Source: Bacillota bacterium (lineage in GTDB: Bacteria > Bacillota > Sulfobacillia > JAJZYS01 > JAJZLH01). From it: a stretch of DNA of 64,000 bases. Positions 51,838 to 61,839 of this stretch are shown here, in pieces. A program made the position numbers and the translations under genes. Each line of letters starts with the position of its first letter. Within the stretch, counting starts at the first letter, position 1. The notes under the pieces were generated by a model. It was not told the DNA's origin, searched no databases, and saw nothing but the letters and a program-made list of their open reading frames with translations. The DNA lies in contig JAJZLY010000005.1 in assembly GCA_021850485.1 (NCBI GenBank), positions 12,686-76,685 on the forward strand. Direction: 5' to 3'.

Positions 51838-54645
51838 GTGACATCCAAGTCGGAGTTAGGCCCGGTCCGCCAGGCCAGTGCTCTTGGTCAGAGCATCTGG
51901 TACGACAATGTGAGGCGAGCGCTGCTCACCTCCGGGGAAATGGCCCGGATGGTGGCCGAAGACGGCTTGGGCGGGGTTACATCCAACCCGTCTATCTTCG
52001 AGAAGGCGATCAGCGGCTCCCAAGACTATGCGAAGGCCCTGGTGGCAGCCCGGGCCCGAGGCGCGCTGGATGCCAAGTCGCTTTATGAAGCCTTGGCCTT
52101 CGCTGACATCGCTGAGACTGCCGACATCTTGCGTCCGGTCTATGACCGCACCCGTGGCCAAGATGGATATGTCAGCATTGAGGTGCCGCCCAACTTGGCC
52201 CACGACTCGGCCGGCACTCTGGCTGAGGCGATCCGCATCTGGGGGGCGATCAACCGCCCGAACCTGATGATCAAAGTACCGGGCACCGCGGAGGGTCTGC
52301 CGGTGGTGCAGAGCCTGATCGGCAGGGGCATCAACGTCAACATCACGTTGCTGTTTTCGGTTGCCGTGTACGCCCAGGTGGCCCAAGCCTACCTGGCGGG
52401 ACTGGAGGATCGGCTGGCCGGTGGCGGCAAGATCGATCAGATCGGTTCGGTGGCCAGCTTCTTTGTCAGCCGCATCGACTCGGCGGTTGACGGCAGGCTG
52501 CCCCAGAAGCTGCAGGGCAAGGTCGCCATCGCCAACGCCAAGATCGCCTATCAGCGCTACCATCAGATCTTCTTTGGACCGCGCTGGCAGACGCTAAAGA
52601 AGCAGGGGGCAAGGCCTCAGCGCCTGCTGTGGGCATCCACCTCGACCAAGAACCCTGCCTATCCGGAGCTTCTCTACGTGGAGTCTTTAATCGGCCAGGA
52701 CACGGTGAACACCGTGCCTCCGGCCACCTACGACGCCTTCAAGGCCGAGGGCAAGGTGCGCGCCACGCTCGGCGAGGGACTGGAGGCGGCCGAGCAGGTT
52801 CTGGCCGGCGCCGCCAAAGCTGGCGTGGACCTGCAAGAGGTCACCGATCAACTGCTGGTCGAGGGACTGGACTCCTTCGATCTGGCGTTTCGCAGACTGC
52901 TAGGTGCCGTCGAGGCAACAACCGTCGCCAGTCCCCGTGCCACCGAAGGCAGGCGGTTTTTACCTCCTGAGCTCAACACCAGCGTGGATCAGATCATCGA
53001 TCAGTGGCGGGAGGAGGGCCGCGTCAGCCGACTTTGGGTCCACGATCAGACGCTGTGGACCGGCCAAGACGAGGCGCACTGGCTGGGCTGGTTGGGGGTG
53101 GCGCTTGACCAACGGACGCACCATCACCACTTGTCGCGCTGGATCGACGATGTGAAGGAAGCTGGGTTCCAAGACGCCGTGGTGCTGGGCATGGGCGGAT
53201 CCAGCCTGTGTCCGGACATGCTGGCCCATACCTTCCGCTACGGAAACCACCGCCCGCGCCTGCATGTCCTCGATTCCACCGATCCGACCCAGATCCGTGA
53301 CCTCGAGAGCACCCTGGACCTTGCCCACACCTTGTTCATCGTGTCCTCCAAGTCCGGCTCCACATTGGAGCCCAACATCTTCGCCGACTACTTCTGGGAT
53401 CGGATGCGGACGGTGGTTGGTGCTAATCAAACTGGCCAGCACTTCGTGGCCATCACGGATCCGGGCTCCGGACTCGAGCAGCGGGCCCACCACGACCAAT
53501 GGCGCGCCGTATTCCACGGCGTGCCTTCGATCGGTGGCCGCTACTCGGCTCTCTCCGACTTCGGCATGGTGCCAGCGGTGAGCATGGGCGTGGATGCGCT
53601 CCGCCTGCTGGAGCGGGCAGAGACCATGGCGCATGCATGTGCCGCCTGCGTGCCCGATCACGAAAACCCGGGGCTGGAGTTGGGGGCCATCTTGGGCGCC
53701 GCCGCAGCAGCCGGACGGGACAAGGTGACCCTAGTCACCGCTCCGGATATCGCCCACTTCGGAGGGTGGCTGGAGCAGCTTTTAGCCGAATCTACTGGAA
53801 AACAGGGCAAGGGGCTGATCCCCGTGGACCTGGAGCCCTTGGGCGAGGTGGAAGCCTACGGTCAAGACCGACTGTTTGTTCACATCTGCCTGGCCGACCA
53901 CCCCAATGCCGACCAAGACCGGCAGATCGACCGCCTGATCCAGGCCGGTCACGCTGTCTATCAGATCAATCTGCGCGATGCCTACGACCTGGGTGGCGAG
54001 ATCTTCCGGTGGGAGTTCGCGACCGCCGTGGCTGGCTCCATCATCGGCATCGACCCCTTCAACCAGCCCGATGTGGAAGACGCCAAGGTGGCCGCGCGCA
54101 AACTGGCCGAGGCCTACGAACAAACAGGTACGCTGCCACAGCTGACACCGGTGAAGACGGAGGGCACCTTCAAGCTCTTCACCGATGCGAGAAATGCCAA
54201 GGCCATCTCCGGTGCAGGATTGCCCAACTCGCTGGCCGGCGCCTTGAAGGCTCATCTGGCCCGGGCCAAGGCCGGCGACTATGTGGCGCTATTGGCCTAC
54301 ATCCCGATGACCGCAGAGCACCAAGCAGCCCTGACCAAGATCCGCACCGGGATCAGAGATCGCCAGCAGGTGGCGACCTGCGTCGGATTCGGGCCTCGCT
54401 TCCAGCACTCCACCGGCCAGGCCTATAAGGGCGGCCCGAACAGCGGGGTGTTTTTGCAGATCACCTGTGACGATGGCCAAGACCTGCCGGTACCGGGCCA
54501 CCGCTACAGCTTCGGCGTGATCAAAGAGGCGCAGGCCAGAAGCGACCTGGACGTGCTGGCCGCACGCGGACGGCGCGTCTTGCGGCTGCACCTGGGGTCG
54601 GATGTGGACTCCGGTTTGGCCGAGCTGGCCCGGATGCTGGCCTGA
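51838..54645 (+). CDS. Bifunctional transaldolase / glucose-6-phosphate isomerase
   Basis: 935 aa. N-terminal transaldolase (SIWYDNVRR... KVPGTAEGL). C-terminal PGI (…LFIVSSKSGSTLEP…, SIS domains). Confidence 0.9.
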   Translation: MTSKSELGPVRQASALGQSIWYDNVRRALLTSGEMARMVAEDGLGGVTSNPSIFEKAISGSQDYAKALVAARARGALDAKSLYEALAFADIAETADILRPVYDRTRGQDGYVSIEVPPNLAHDSAGTLAEAIRIWGAINRPNLMIKVPGTAEGLPVVQSLIGRGINVNITLLFSVAVYAQVAQAYLAGLEDRLAGGGKIDQIGSVASFFVSRIDSAVDGRLPQKLQGKVAIANAKIAYQRYHQIFFGPRWQTLKKQGARPQRLLWASTSTKNPAYPELLYVESLIGQDTVNTVPPATYDAFKAEGKVRATLGEGLEAAEQVLAGAAKAGVDLQEVTDQLLVEGLDSFDLAFRRLLGAVEATTVASPRATEGRRFLPPELNTSVDQIIDQWREEGRVSRLWVHDQTLWTGQDEAHWLGWLGVALDQRTHHHHLSRWIDDVKEAGFQDAVVLGMGGSSLCPDMLAHTFRYGNHRPRLHVLDSTDPTQIRDLESTLDLAHTLFIVSSKSGSTLEPNIFADYFWDRMRTVVGANQTGQHFVAITDPGSGLEQRAHHDQWRAVFHGVPSIGGRYSALSDFGMVPAVSMGVDALRLLERAETMAHACAACVPDHENPGLELGAILGAAAAAGRDKVTLVTAPDIAHFGGWLEQLLAESTGKQGKGLIPVDLEPLGEVEAYGQDRLFVHICLADHPNADQDRQIDRLIQAGHAVYQINLRDAYDLGGEIFRWEFATAVAGSIIGIDPFNQPDVEDAKVAARKLAEAYEQTGTLPQLTPVKTEGTFKLFTDARNAKAISGAGLPNSLAGALKAHLARAKAGDYVALLAYIPMTAEHQAALTKIRTGIRDRQQVATCVGFGPRFQHSTGQAYKGGPNSGVFLQITCDDGQDLPVPGHRYSFGVIKEAQARSDLDVLAARGRRVLRLHLGSDVDSGLAELARMLA

Positions 54646-54699
54646 TCGAGCGAAGGCGGCGAATTGGCGGAGGACATGGACACAGAGGAGGTATTGGTG

Positions 54700-55719
54700 A
54701 TGGAACTGGGGATGGTGGGACTCGGACGGATGGGGGCCAATCTGGTCAGGCGGCTGACCCGGGCTGGACATGAGTGCGTGGTCTACGACCTCGACCCCAA
54801 GGCAGTCAGCGCCCTGCAGGGAAAGGGCGTGACCGGCGCATCGTCCCTGGCGGATCTGGCCGCCAAGATGGGCAAGCCGCGGGCTGTCTGGGTGATGGTG
54901 CCGGCTGGTGATGTCACCACCAAGACCATCAACGAGTTGGCCCGTCACCTCGACGCAGACGACGTCGTCCTAAATGGCGGCAACTCCTATTACCGAGATG
55001 ACATGGCGTGTGCGCAGGAGCTGGGCAAAAAGTCCATCCACTACCTGGATGTCGGAACCAGCGGCGGAGTGTGGGGGCTTGAACGTGGCTACTGCCTGAT
55101 GATTGGCGGCGAGGAGCGCCCGGTCAAACGGCTGGAGCCCCTATTCGCCGCCATCGCCCCCGGCGTGGAGTCAGCAGAGCGCACTCCGGGTCGGCGGGGC
55201 GCTCCTTCGCAGGCCGAGCGCGGCTACTTGCACTGTGGACCGGTCGGGGCCGGCCACTTCGTCAAGATGGTGCACAACGGCATCGAGTACGGCGCCATGG
55301 CCGCCTACGCCGAGGGCCTGAACATCCTGAAGGGGGCCAACGCCGGGTCGGTGACCCGCAGCGCGGACGCTGAGACAGCGCCCTTGGAGGATCCAGAGTT
55401 CTACAGGTTCGAATTCGACCTGCCGGCGGTGGCTGAGGTGTGGCGGCGGGGTAGCGTGATCGCCTCATGGCTGCTCGACCTGACGGCTCAGGCCCTAGTC
55501 GAGTCGCCAGATCTCGCCGATTTCTCGGGACGGGTTTCGGACTCAGGCGAGGGCCGCTGGACGGCGATCGCTGCCATCGAAGAGGGCGTGCCGGCACCGG
55601 TGCTGACCACGGCGGTGTACTCCCGCTTCGCCTCGCGCGGCTTGGACCACTATGCCAACCAGGTGCTCTCCGCTATGCGCAAGGAATTCGGTGGCCATGC
55701 GGAAAAGCCAAGCGGCTGA
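54700..55719 (+). CDS. gnd: 6-phosphogluconate dehydrogenase (decarboxylating), short NAD-type
   Basis: MELGMVGLGRMGANLVRRL is the Rossmann motif. About 340 aa, YqeC/GndA-like. RBS gaggagg. Confidence 0.85.
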   Translation: MELGMVGLGRMGANLVRRLTRAGHECVVYDLDPKAVSALQGKGVTGASSLADLAAKMGKPRAVWVMVPAGDVTTKTINELARHLDADDVVLNGGNSYYRDDMACAQELGKKSIHYLDVGTSGGVWGLERGYCLMIGGEERPVKRLEPLFAAIAPGVESAERTPGRRGAPSQAERGYLHCGPVGAGHFVKMVHNGIEYGAMAAYAEGLNILKGANAGSVTRSADAETAPLEDPEFYRFEFDLPAVAEVWRRGSVIASWLLDLTAQALVESPDLADFSGRVSDSGEGRWTAIAAIEEGVPAPVLTTAVYSRFASRGLDHYANQVLSAMRKEFGGHAEKPSG

Positions 55720-55761
55720 CGGCCAAAGCGCCCACTTGGCCCCAGTCAGAGGAGGCAGTCC

Positions 55762-56436
55762 GTGGCGACCAAGCGCCTGGCGATCTTATTTGACATCGAC
55801 GGCACGCTGATCATCTCCGGGGATGCCGGCGCAGCGTCCTGGCGCCTGGCCTTCCAGGAGCTGTACGGGATCCCGGCCGACATCGGAGCCTTCACCGACA
55901 CCGGCCTGACCGACCCGGAGGTGGGGCGCAAGACCTTCGTCGGCGTCCTTAAGCGAGAGCCCACGGCTGAGGAATTCACGAACCTGCTGGATGCCCGTCT
56001 TAAGCACCTGCACCAGACAGTCATCGACTCCACCGGCTACCGTGTACTCCCTGGTGTGGCGGCATTGTTGCCCAAGCTCCTCGACGAAGGCTACCTGCTG
56101 GGGCTGGTCACGGGAAACATGGAGCCAGCTGCCCATGTCAAGCTGCACCGGGCCGGATTGAACCGCTTTTTCTGCTTCGGCGGCTTTGGCTCTGACTCCG
56201 AAGACCGGGTCACGCTGACCAAGGTGGCCCTGGAGCGGGCGGCCTTGGTCTACGGCGCGCCGCTGATGCCAGAGCAGTGTATTGCCGTCGGTGACACGCC
56301 GCATGATGCCGAGGGGGCCCATGGCGCCGGCATCGCCTGTATCGGCGTGGCCAGCCACAACTTCACGGTCGACCAGTTGACCGCTGGCGGCTGCGACTAC
56401 GTGATCCCATCTTTGGAGGAGGGTTGGCCGCTGTGA
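55762..56436 (+). CDS. HAD-superfamily hydrolase (phosphatase / beta-phosphoglucomutase-like)
   Basis: Motif I ILFDIDGTLI. 224 aa. Confidence 0.75.
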   Translation: MATKRLAILFDIDGTLIISGDAGAASWRLAFQELYGIPADIGAFTDTGLTDPEVGRKTFVGVLKREPTAEEFTNLLDARLKHLHQTVIDSTGYRVLPGVAALLPKLLDEGYLLGLVTGNMEPAAHVKLHRAGLNRFFCFGGFGSDSEDRVTLTKVALERAALVYGAPLMPEQCIAVGDTPHDAEGAHGAGIACIGVASHNFTVDQLTAGGCDYVIPSLEEGWPL

Positions 56437-57365
56437 GTTTGGGACACGGTCCGCTGTATGTGCTGCCGTTTGACCACCGGGGATCGTTCCAAAAGGGCCT
56501 GTTCGGGGTGGACCAGGGCGAGCCGCTCAGCGCTGAACAGCGGCGGCGGATCGAAGATCTCAAACTCCTGGTCTATGAGGGCTTGGAGCAGGCGCTACGC
56601 CAGGGTGCTTCGGCAAAGGCCGCCGGCGTGTTGGTCGACGAGGAGTTTGGCGCCGAGGTGGCCAGGCGGGCGAAGAAGGCAGGCCTGACGCTGGCCATGC
56701 CGGCTGAGAAGTCTGGCCAAGACGAGTTCGACTTCGAGTACGGCGCCGAGTACCAGGCGCACATTGCGGCCTTTGCGCCGGACTACGTCAAGGTGCTGGT
56801 CCGCTACAACCCAGAGGGAGACCTGACCCTAAACGCCCGCCAAGAGGTCAAGTTGGCCGGCCTGTGCCAGTGGCTGGCGGGACAACCGGCAGGGTTCTTG
56901 TTCGAACTCTTGGTGCCGGCCACCCCAGCCCAAATGGCCCGGGTGGCTGGCGACAAGCAGGCGTACGCCGAGTCCCTCCTGCCGGATCTGGTGGTGCGGG
57001 CGATGGCCCAGTTGCAGGCAGCCGGCGTGGAGCCGGACGTGTGGAAGATCCAGGGGTTGGAGACACGCGAAGACTGCGAGCGGGCCGCAGCTCAGGCCCG
57101 TGCCGGGGGTCGAGAGCGGGTGTTTTGCATCATCCTCGGCCACGGCGCCGACGACGCTCAGGTCACCCGTTGGCTGCAAGCGGCGGCTGGCGTGGCTGGC
57201 TACGATGGGTTCGCTATCGGCCGCACCATCTGGTGGCAGCCGGTGGTGGATCACCAGGCAGGGCGCATCGATCGGGCCGAGGCCGTGCGACAGGTGGCTG
57301 ACAAGTACCAGCAGATGGTTGCGGTGTACGAGGCGGGCAAGCAGCAGCCTACTGGCGGCAGATGA
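56424..57365 (+). CDS. Class I aldolase-like TIM-barrel protein (LacD/DUF2090-like), function unknown
   Basis: LYVLPFDHRGSF resembles the LacD/DUF2090 AFDQRG motif. It sits within the PPP cluster between the HAD gene and zwf2. Confidence 0.4.
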   Translation: MAAVSLGHGPLYVLPFDHRGSFQKGLFGVDQGEPLSAEQRRRIEDLKLLVYEGLEQALRQGASAKAAGVLVDEEFGAEVARRAKKAGLTLAMPAEKSGQDEFDFEYGAEYQAHIAAFAPDYVKVLVRYNPEGDLTLNARQEVKLAGLCQWLAGQPAGFLFELLVPATPAQMARVAGDKQAYAESLLPDLVVRAMAQLQAAGVEPDVWKIQGLETREDCERAAAQARAGGRERVFCIILGHGADDAQVTRWLQAAAGVAGYDGFAIGRTIWWQPVVDHQAGRIDRAEAVRQVADKYQQMVAVYEAGKQQPTGGR

Positions 57366-58828
57366 CGGCCGCTGGCCCGGCCGCCTCGCCTAAGTTACCG
57401 GTTGCACTGACCCCAGATCCCACCGTGTTGGTCTTGTTCGGGGTGACCGGCGATTTGGCCCGGCGCAAACTGTTGCCCGGCCTCTACCACCTGGCGGCGG
57501 CCGGGCTGATGCCCAAGCGCTATCAAATTGTGGGCACAGCGCCGGCGGAATCTGGTATGGATCAAGAGTCCTTTGCGGCATACGTGCAAGACGTGCTCGC
57601 CCACTTCGGCCGACGCGAACTGAGCAATCGGGTGTGGCAGCCCTTCAGCCGACGCCTGCGATTTGTGCCGTCGCAGCCAGAAAAGATGCAAGACCTGGCT
57701 CAGGCCGTGACCGAGGCCAGTGCCGAGATCAAGGCGGCCAACCGGCTCATCTACTTGGCGGTGCCGCCTGATGCCTTCTCGCCGATGATCAAGGCGATCG
57801 GCAAGGCGAAGATCGCCACCGCCGCAAGCCGCCTGGTGATCGAAAAGCCCTTCGGCCACGACCTCGCCTCTGCCCGAGCCTTGAATCGGGCCCTGCACCG
57901 GGTGTTTTCGGAGGCGCAGATCTACCGCATCGACCACTTCTTGGGCAAAGAGGCCGTGCAGAATATCTTGGCCATCCGCTTCGCCAACGGGCTGTTCGAG
58001 GCGGCCTGGAACAGGGAGCACGTGGCGTACGTCCAGATCGACATCCCGGAGACGCTGACCATCGAGGGTCGCGCTGGCTTTTACGAGGCGACCGGCGCCT
58101 TTCGGGACATGGTCGTCACCCACCTCTTCCAGCTGCTGGGGTTTGTGGCCATGGAGCCGCCAGACCACTTCGATGCCCTGTCGCTGCAGTCCACAAAGCG
58201 GCGCGTATTTTTGGCCATGCGGCCGCTTGACCCGGCACGGGTGGTCTACGGCCAGTACCGGGGATACCGCAAGGAGCCAGGGGTGGCCAAAGATTCGACA
58301 GTAGAGACGCTGGTGGCGTTGGAGGCTTGGATCGACAATCCACGCTGGCGGGGCGTGCCCTTTTACCTGCGCACCGGCAAGGCCATGGCGAGAAGTGCCC
58401 TGACCGTCACGCTGGGCTTTCGGGATCCGCCCCGCCACATGTTCGACCGGGTGGCGCAGCAGAAGCTGGGAGAGAGCCCCAACGAGTTAGTGCTGGAGCT
58501 GGCCGACCCTGGGCAGGTGCACATTCCCTTTCTGGCCAAAGAGCCGGGGCCGACCATGACGCTGGCCGAAGCGGCGCTGAACTTCTCGTATGCCGACTCC
58601 TTTCAGGCGGCCAATGAGTTGGAGGCCTATGAACGGCTGTTGCATGACATCATGCTGGGCGATCAGACGCTATTCAACGGGGCTAGCGCCATTGAGCGGC
58701 TGTGGCAGGTAGCGGCGCCTGTGCAGGCAAACCCGCCCGCGCTCTTGCCCTATGCCCAGGGCTCTTGGGGGCCAAAGTCCGTGCAGCAGCTGGTTGAACC
58801 CCATCGCTGGCACCTGGGAGACGACTGA
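57362..58828 (+). CDS. zwf: Glucose-6-phosphate 1-dehydrogenase (copy 2)
   Basis: VLFGVTGDLARRKL. IDHFLGKEAVQNILAIRFANGLFEAAWNR. 488 aa. Confidence 0.9.
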   Translation: MTAAGPAASPKLPVALTPDPTVLVLFGVTGDLARRKLLPGLYHLAAAGLMPKRYQIVGTAPAESGMDQESFAAYVQDVLAHFGRRELSNRVWQPFSRRLRFVPSQPEKMQDLAQAVTEASAEIKAANRLIYLAVPPDAFSPMIKAIGKAKIATAASRLVIEKPFGHDLASARALNRALHRVFSEAQIYRIDHFLGKEAVQNILAIRFANGLFEAAWNREHVAYVQIDIPETLTIEGRAGFYEATGAFRDMVVTHLFQLLGFVAMEPPDHFDALSLQSTKRRVFLAMRPLDPARVVYGQYRGYRKEPGVAKDSTVETLVALEAWIDNPRWRGVPFYLRTGKAMARSALTVTLGFRDPPRHMFDRVAQQKLGESPNELVLELADPGQVHIPFLAKEPGPTMTLAEAALNFSYADSFQAANELEAYERLLHDIMLGDQTLFNGASAIERLWQVAAPVQANPPALLPYAQGSWGPKSVQQLVEPHRWHLGDD

Positions 58829-58942
58829 GCCGGCTTTTTCGTGAGCACGCCATGTTGTCAGGCGCACCGCATCTCTCTATCCTGAGGGAACGCCCGGCCA
58901 CCGGACGGCGCGTCAAGGGAGAGGGTTTACATCAAGATCGGA

Positions 58943-60202
58943 TTGCTGGGTCTGGGCACGGTCGGTCAGGCCGTGCTCAGCGCCCTGACCGACAATCAGG
59001 AGACCATCGCCCAGCGGGCAGGCGGACCACTCAACGTCAAACGGGCGCTGATCTTGCACCCCGAGCGCCATCTTGGCCACGCCAACCTGATCACCACCCA
59101 GTGGCAGGAGATCTTGGCCGATGATGAGATCGCCATCGTGGTCGAGGTGATGGGCGGCATGGAGCCCGCGTTCACCTATATCCGCCGGGCGCTGGCCGCG
59201 GGCAAATCCGTGGTCACCGCCAACAAGGAGGTCCTGGCCAACCGCGGCGACGAGCTGTTCGCAGCGGCAGAGCTAAGCGGCCGTGATCTTCTGTTCGAAG
59301 CCAGCGTGGGTGCGGGCGTCCCGGTCATCCGTGCCGTCAAGCTGGGCTTGGCCGGAAACCGGGTGCATCAGGTCTGCGGCATCTTGAACGGCACCACCAA
59401 CTTCATCCTGACCGAGATGGCACAGGGGATGGTCGACTACCAGCAGGCACTGGCTAAGGCCCAGGCACTGGGCTACGCCGAAGCAGACCCAGCTGCCGAT
59501 GTGGATGGCCACGACAGCGCCCGCAAAATCGCCATCTTGGCGTCGATTGCCTTTTCCAGCCGCGTGGTGGAGGCCGATGTGCGCTGCAGCGGCATCGCCC
59601 AGGTGCAGGCCGCCGACTTGGCCTGGGGCTCGCGCCTGGGCTGGGTCCTGAAGCCGATGGCCCGGGCCCGCCTGGTAGCAGAGGGCTTGGAAGTGGCGTC
59701 CTATCCAGCCTGGGTGGGACCGGGACATCCCCTGGCGCATGTGGACGGCATCATGAACGCCGTGTCGGTGCGGGCAGAGCCGCTCGGCGAGGCCACCTTC
59801 ACCGGGCCGGGGGCAGGCGGACCCGCCACCGCTTCGGCGGTCTTGGGCGACCTGATTGAGGCCGCCCGCAATCTGCGGCTGGGGGGGCACGCTGTGGGCT
59901 GCACCTGTTACCGGCAGCTTGCCATCTTCGACCCGGCCCGGGCAGAAGACGCCTTCTATCTGCGCCTGACCGTGCGGCCGGAGCGCACCGTGGTCTCGCA
60001 GATCGCGGCCACCTTGGCTGAGCATCGAGTCGGACTGCGTCAGACCTTGCAGGCGGCCGCGGCCGATGGGCGCGGCGAGGTGGTGGTGGTGACAGAAACC
60101 TGTCGCAGAGGGGACCTCGATCGCGCCCTGGCCCATCTGGCCCAATCCCCGTCTGTCTTCACGCTGCGCCCGCCGCTGGTGGTGGAAGCCCAGTCAGCCT
60201 AG
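58943..60202 (+). CDS. hom: Homoserine dehydrogenase
   Basis: GLGTVG NAD-binding motif. C-terminal ACT domain. The conserved IKIGLLGLGTVG extends 4 codons upstream of the first canonical start (possible ATC/ATT initiation at 58931). Confidence 0.85.
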   Translation: MLGLGTVGQAVLSALTDNQETIAQRAGGPLNVKRALILHPERHLGHANLITTQWQEILADDEIAIVVEVMGGMEPAFTYIRRALAAGKSVVTANKEVLANRGDELFAAAELSGRDLLFEASVGAGVPVIRAVKLGLAGNRVHQVCGILNGTTNFILTEMAQGMVDYQQALAKAQALGYAEADPAADVDGHDSARKIAILASIAFSSRVVEADVRCSGIAQVQAADLAWGSRLGWVLKPMARARLVAEGLEVASYPAWVGPGHPLAHVDGIMNAVSVRAEPLGEATFTGPGAGGPATASAVLGDLIEAARNLRLGGHAVGCTCYRQLAIFDPARAEDAFYLRLTVRPERTVVSQIAATLAEHRVGLRQTLQAAAADGRGEVVVVTETCRRGDLDRALAHLAQSPSVFTLRPPLVVEAQSA

Positions 60203-60303
60203 CCAGGCCAGAGCAGGCAAGCGCACACCTATGCAGAGGCAGGCAGATTTGACAAGCGCCAGCGGGGGCCCTATCATCCACTTCACAACCGCATAGCTGA
60301 ATT

Positions 60304-60422
60304 CTCTTATCAAGAGAGGCAGAGGGAAACGGCCCGATGAAGCCCGACAACCGACCCGATCACTTGTGATCGGGAAGCGGTGCCAATTCCGGCGCCCCGT
60401 CAGGGAGCGCGAGATGAGAGGA
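60304..60422 (+). ncRNA. SAM-I riboswitch (S-box) aptamer
   Basis: cucuuaucaagagaggcagagggaaacggcccgaugaagcccgacaacc...gguGCcaauucc...gcgagaugagag matches the S-box consensus (P1, kink-turn, GA motif). Confidence 0.85.
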
Positions 60423-60449
60423 GGGACAGCCCGCTTCTCACACAGCGCG

Positions 60450-60484
60450 TCACCTCTTCCATCGGGAAGAGGTTTTTGTTTGCC
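60450..60484 (+). terminator. Riboswitch expression-platform terminator
   Basis: cacctcttcc-atcg-ggaagaggt followed by ttttgttt. Confidence 0.65.
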
Positions 60485-60552
60485 CGGCAACGGTCGGCAA
60501 GCAAAGACCCACCGAAAAGAGGTCGGCTGCGGCTGAGAAGGAGGGGTCGTCT

Positions 60553-61839
60553 GTGTCCAAATTGGGAACCCTGTGTGTGCACGCCGGTCAGAACGTGGAT
60601 CCGGCCACCAAATCCCGGGCTGTACCCATCTACGCCACCACCGCCTATGTGTTTGACAGCCCGGACCACGCCCGGGATCTCTTCGCGCTGCAAACTCCGG
60701 GCAACATCTACTCCCGGATCATGAACCCCACCAACGATGTCTTCGAACAGCGCCTGGCCGCCCTGGAAGGTGGGGTGGCGGCGCTCGCTACCGCCTCGGG
60801 CCAAGCCGCCATCACCTTGGCCATCCTCAACCTGGCCCAGGCGGGAGACAACATCATCTCCTCGCCGAGCCTGTACGGCGGCACCTGGAATCTGTTCGCC
60901 CATACCTTTCGCAAGCTCGGCATCACCGTGACCATGGCCGACGCCAGCCGTCCCGAAGAGATCGCACGTGCCGTCGACGACCGGACCCGGGCCGTCTACA
61001 TCGAAGCCGTCGGCAACCCGCGCCTGGATGTGCCAGACTTCCAGGCCGTCTCCGAGGTTGCGCATCGGCATGGACTGCCGCTGATCGTGGACTCCACCTT
61101 CCTCACACCGGCCCTGTTTCGCCCGATCGAGCACGGCGCTGACATCGTGGTGCACTCCGCCACCAAGTTCATCGACGGGCACGGCACGGCGATCGGCGGC
61201 GCCATCGTCGACTCGGGCAAGTTCGACTGGCAGGGCAGCGGCCGCTTCGCCGACCTGACCGAGCCGGACCCCACCTACCACGGTGTGCGCTATGTGGAGA
61301 GTTTCGCCGCCGCCGCCTACATCGCCAAGGCCCGGGTTCAGCTGTTGCGCGACCTCGGACCCTGTCTCTCGCCGTTTCACGCCTTTTTGTTCCTGCAGGG
61401 GTTGGAGACCTTGCACCTGCGCATGGCCCGTCACTCGCAAAATGCGGCACAGACAGCCCAGTGGCTGAGCCACCATCCGGCGGTTTCCTGGGTGAATTAT
61501 CCGACCTTGGCCAGCCATCGGGACCATGCCCTGGCCGCACGGTACTTTCCGGATGGTGCCGGTGCGATCTTGACCTTTGGCGTGAAAGGGGGGTTCGAGC
61601 CGGCCAAGGCCTTCATCGAGCGCTTGCAGCTGTTCTCGCTTTTGGCCAACGTCGGCGACGCCAAGAGCTTGGTCATCCACCCCGCCTCGACCACCCACTC
61701 CCAGCTGACGGCCACCGAGCAGACGGAAGCCGGCGTCAGCCCAGACATGGTCCGGCTATCGGTCGGCATCGAGGACCCAGACGACATCTTGGCCGATCTC
61801 GACCAGGCCCTGGCCGCGGTCGCGATCAAGAGCGCGTGA
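60553..61839 (+). CDS. metY: O-acetylhomoserine sulfhydrylase (PLP-dependent)
   Basis: TLCVHAGQ...[10 protein letters not shown]...[10 protein letters not shown] is the Cys/Met-metabolism PLP family. RBS aaggagggg. GTG start. Confidence 0.9.
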   Translation: MSKLGTLCVHAGQNVDPATKSRAVPIYATTAYVFDSPDHARDLFALQTPGNIYSRIMNPTNDVFEQRLAALEGGVAALATASGQAAITLAILNLAQAGDNIISSPSLYGGTWNLFAHTFRKLGITVTMADASRPEEIARAVDDRTRAVYIEAVGNPRLDVPDFQAVSEVAHRHGLPLIVDSTFLTPALFRPIEHGADIVVHSATKFIDGHGTAIGGAIVDSGKFDWQGSGRFADLTEPDPTYHGVRYVESFAAAAYIAKARVQLLRDLGPCLSPFHAFLFLQGLETLHLRMARHSQNAAQTAQWLSHHPAVSWVNYPTLASHRDHALAARYFPDGAGAILTFGVKGGFEPAKAFIERLQLFSLLANVGDAKSLVIHPASTTHSQLTATEQTEAGVSPDMVRLSVGIEDPDDILADLDQALAAVAIKSA

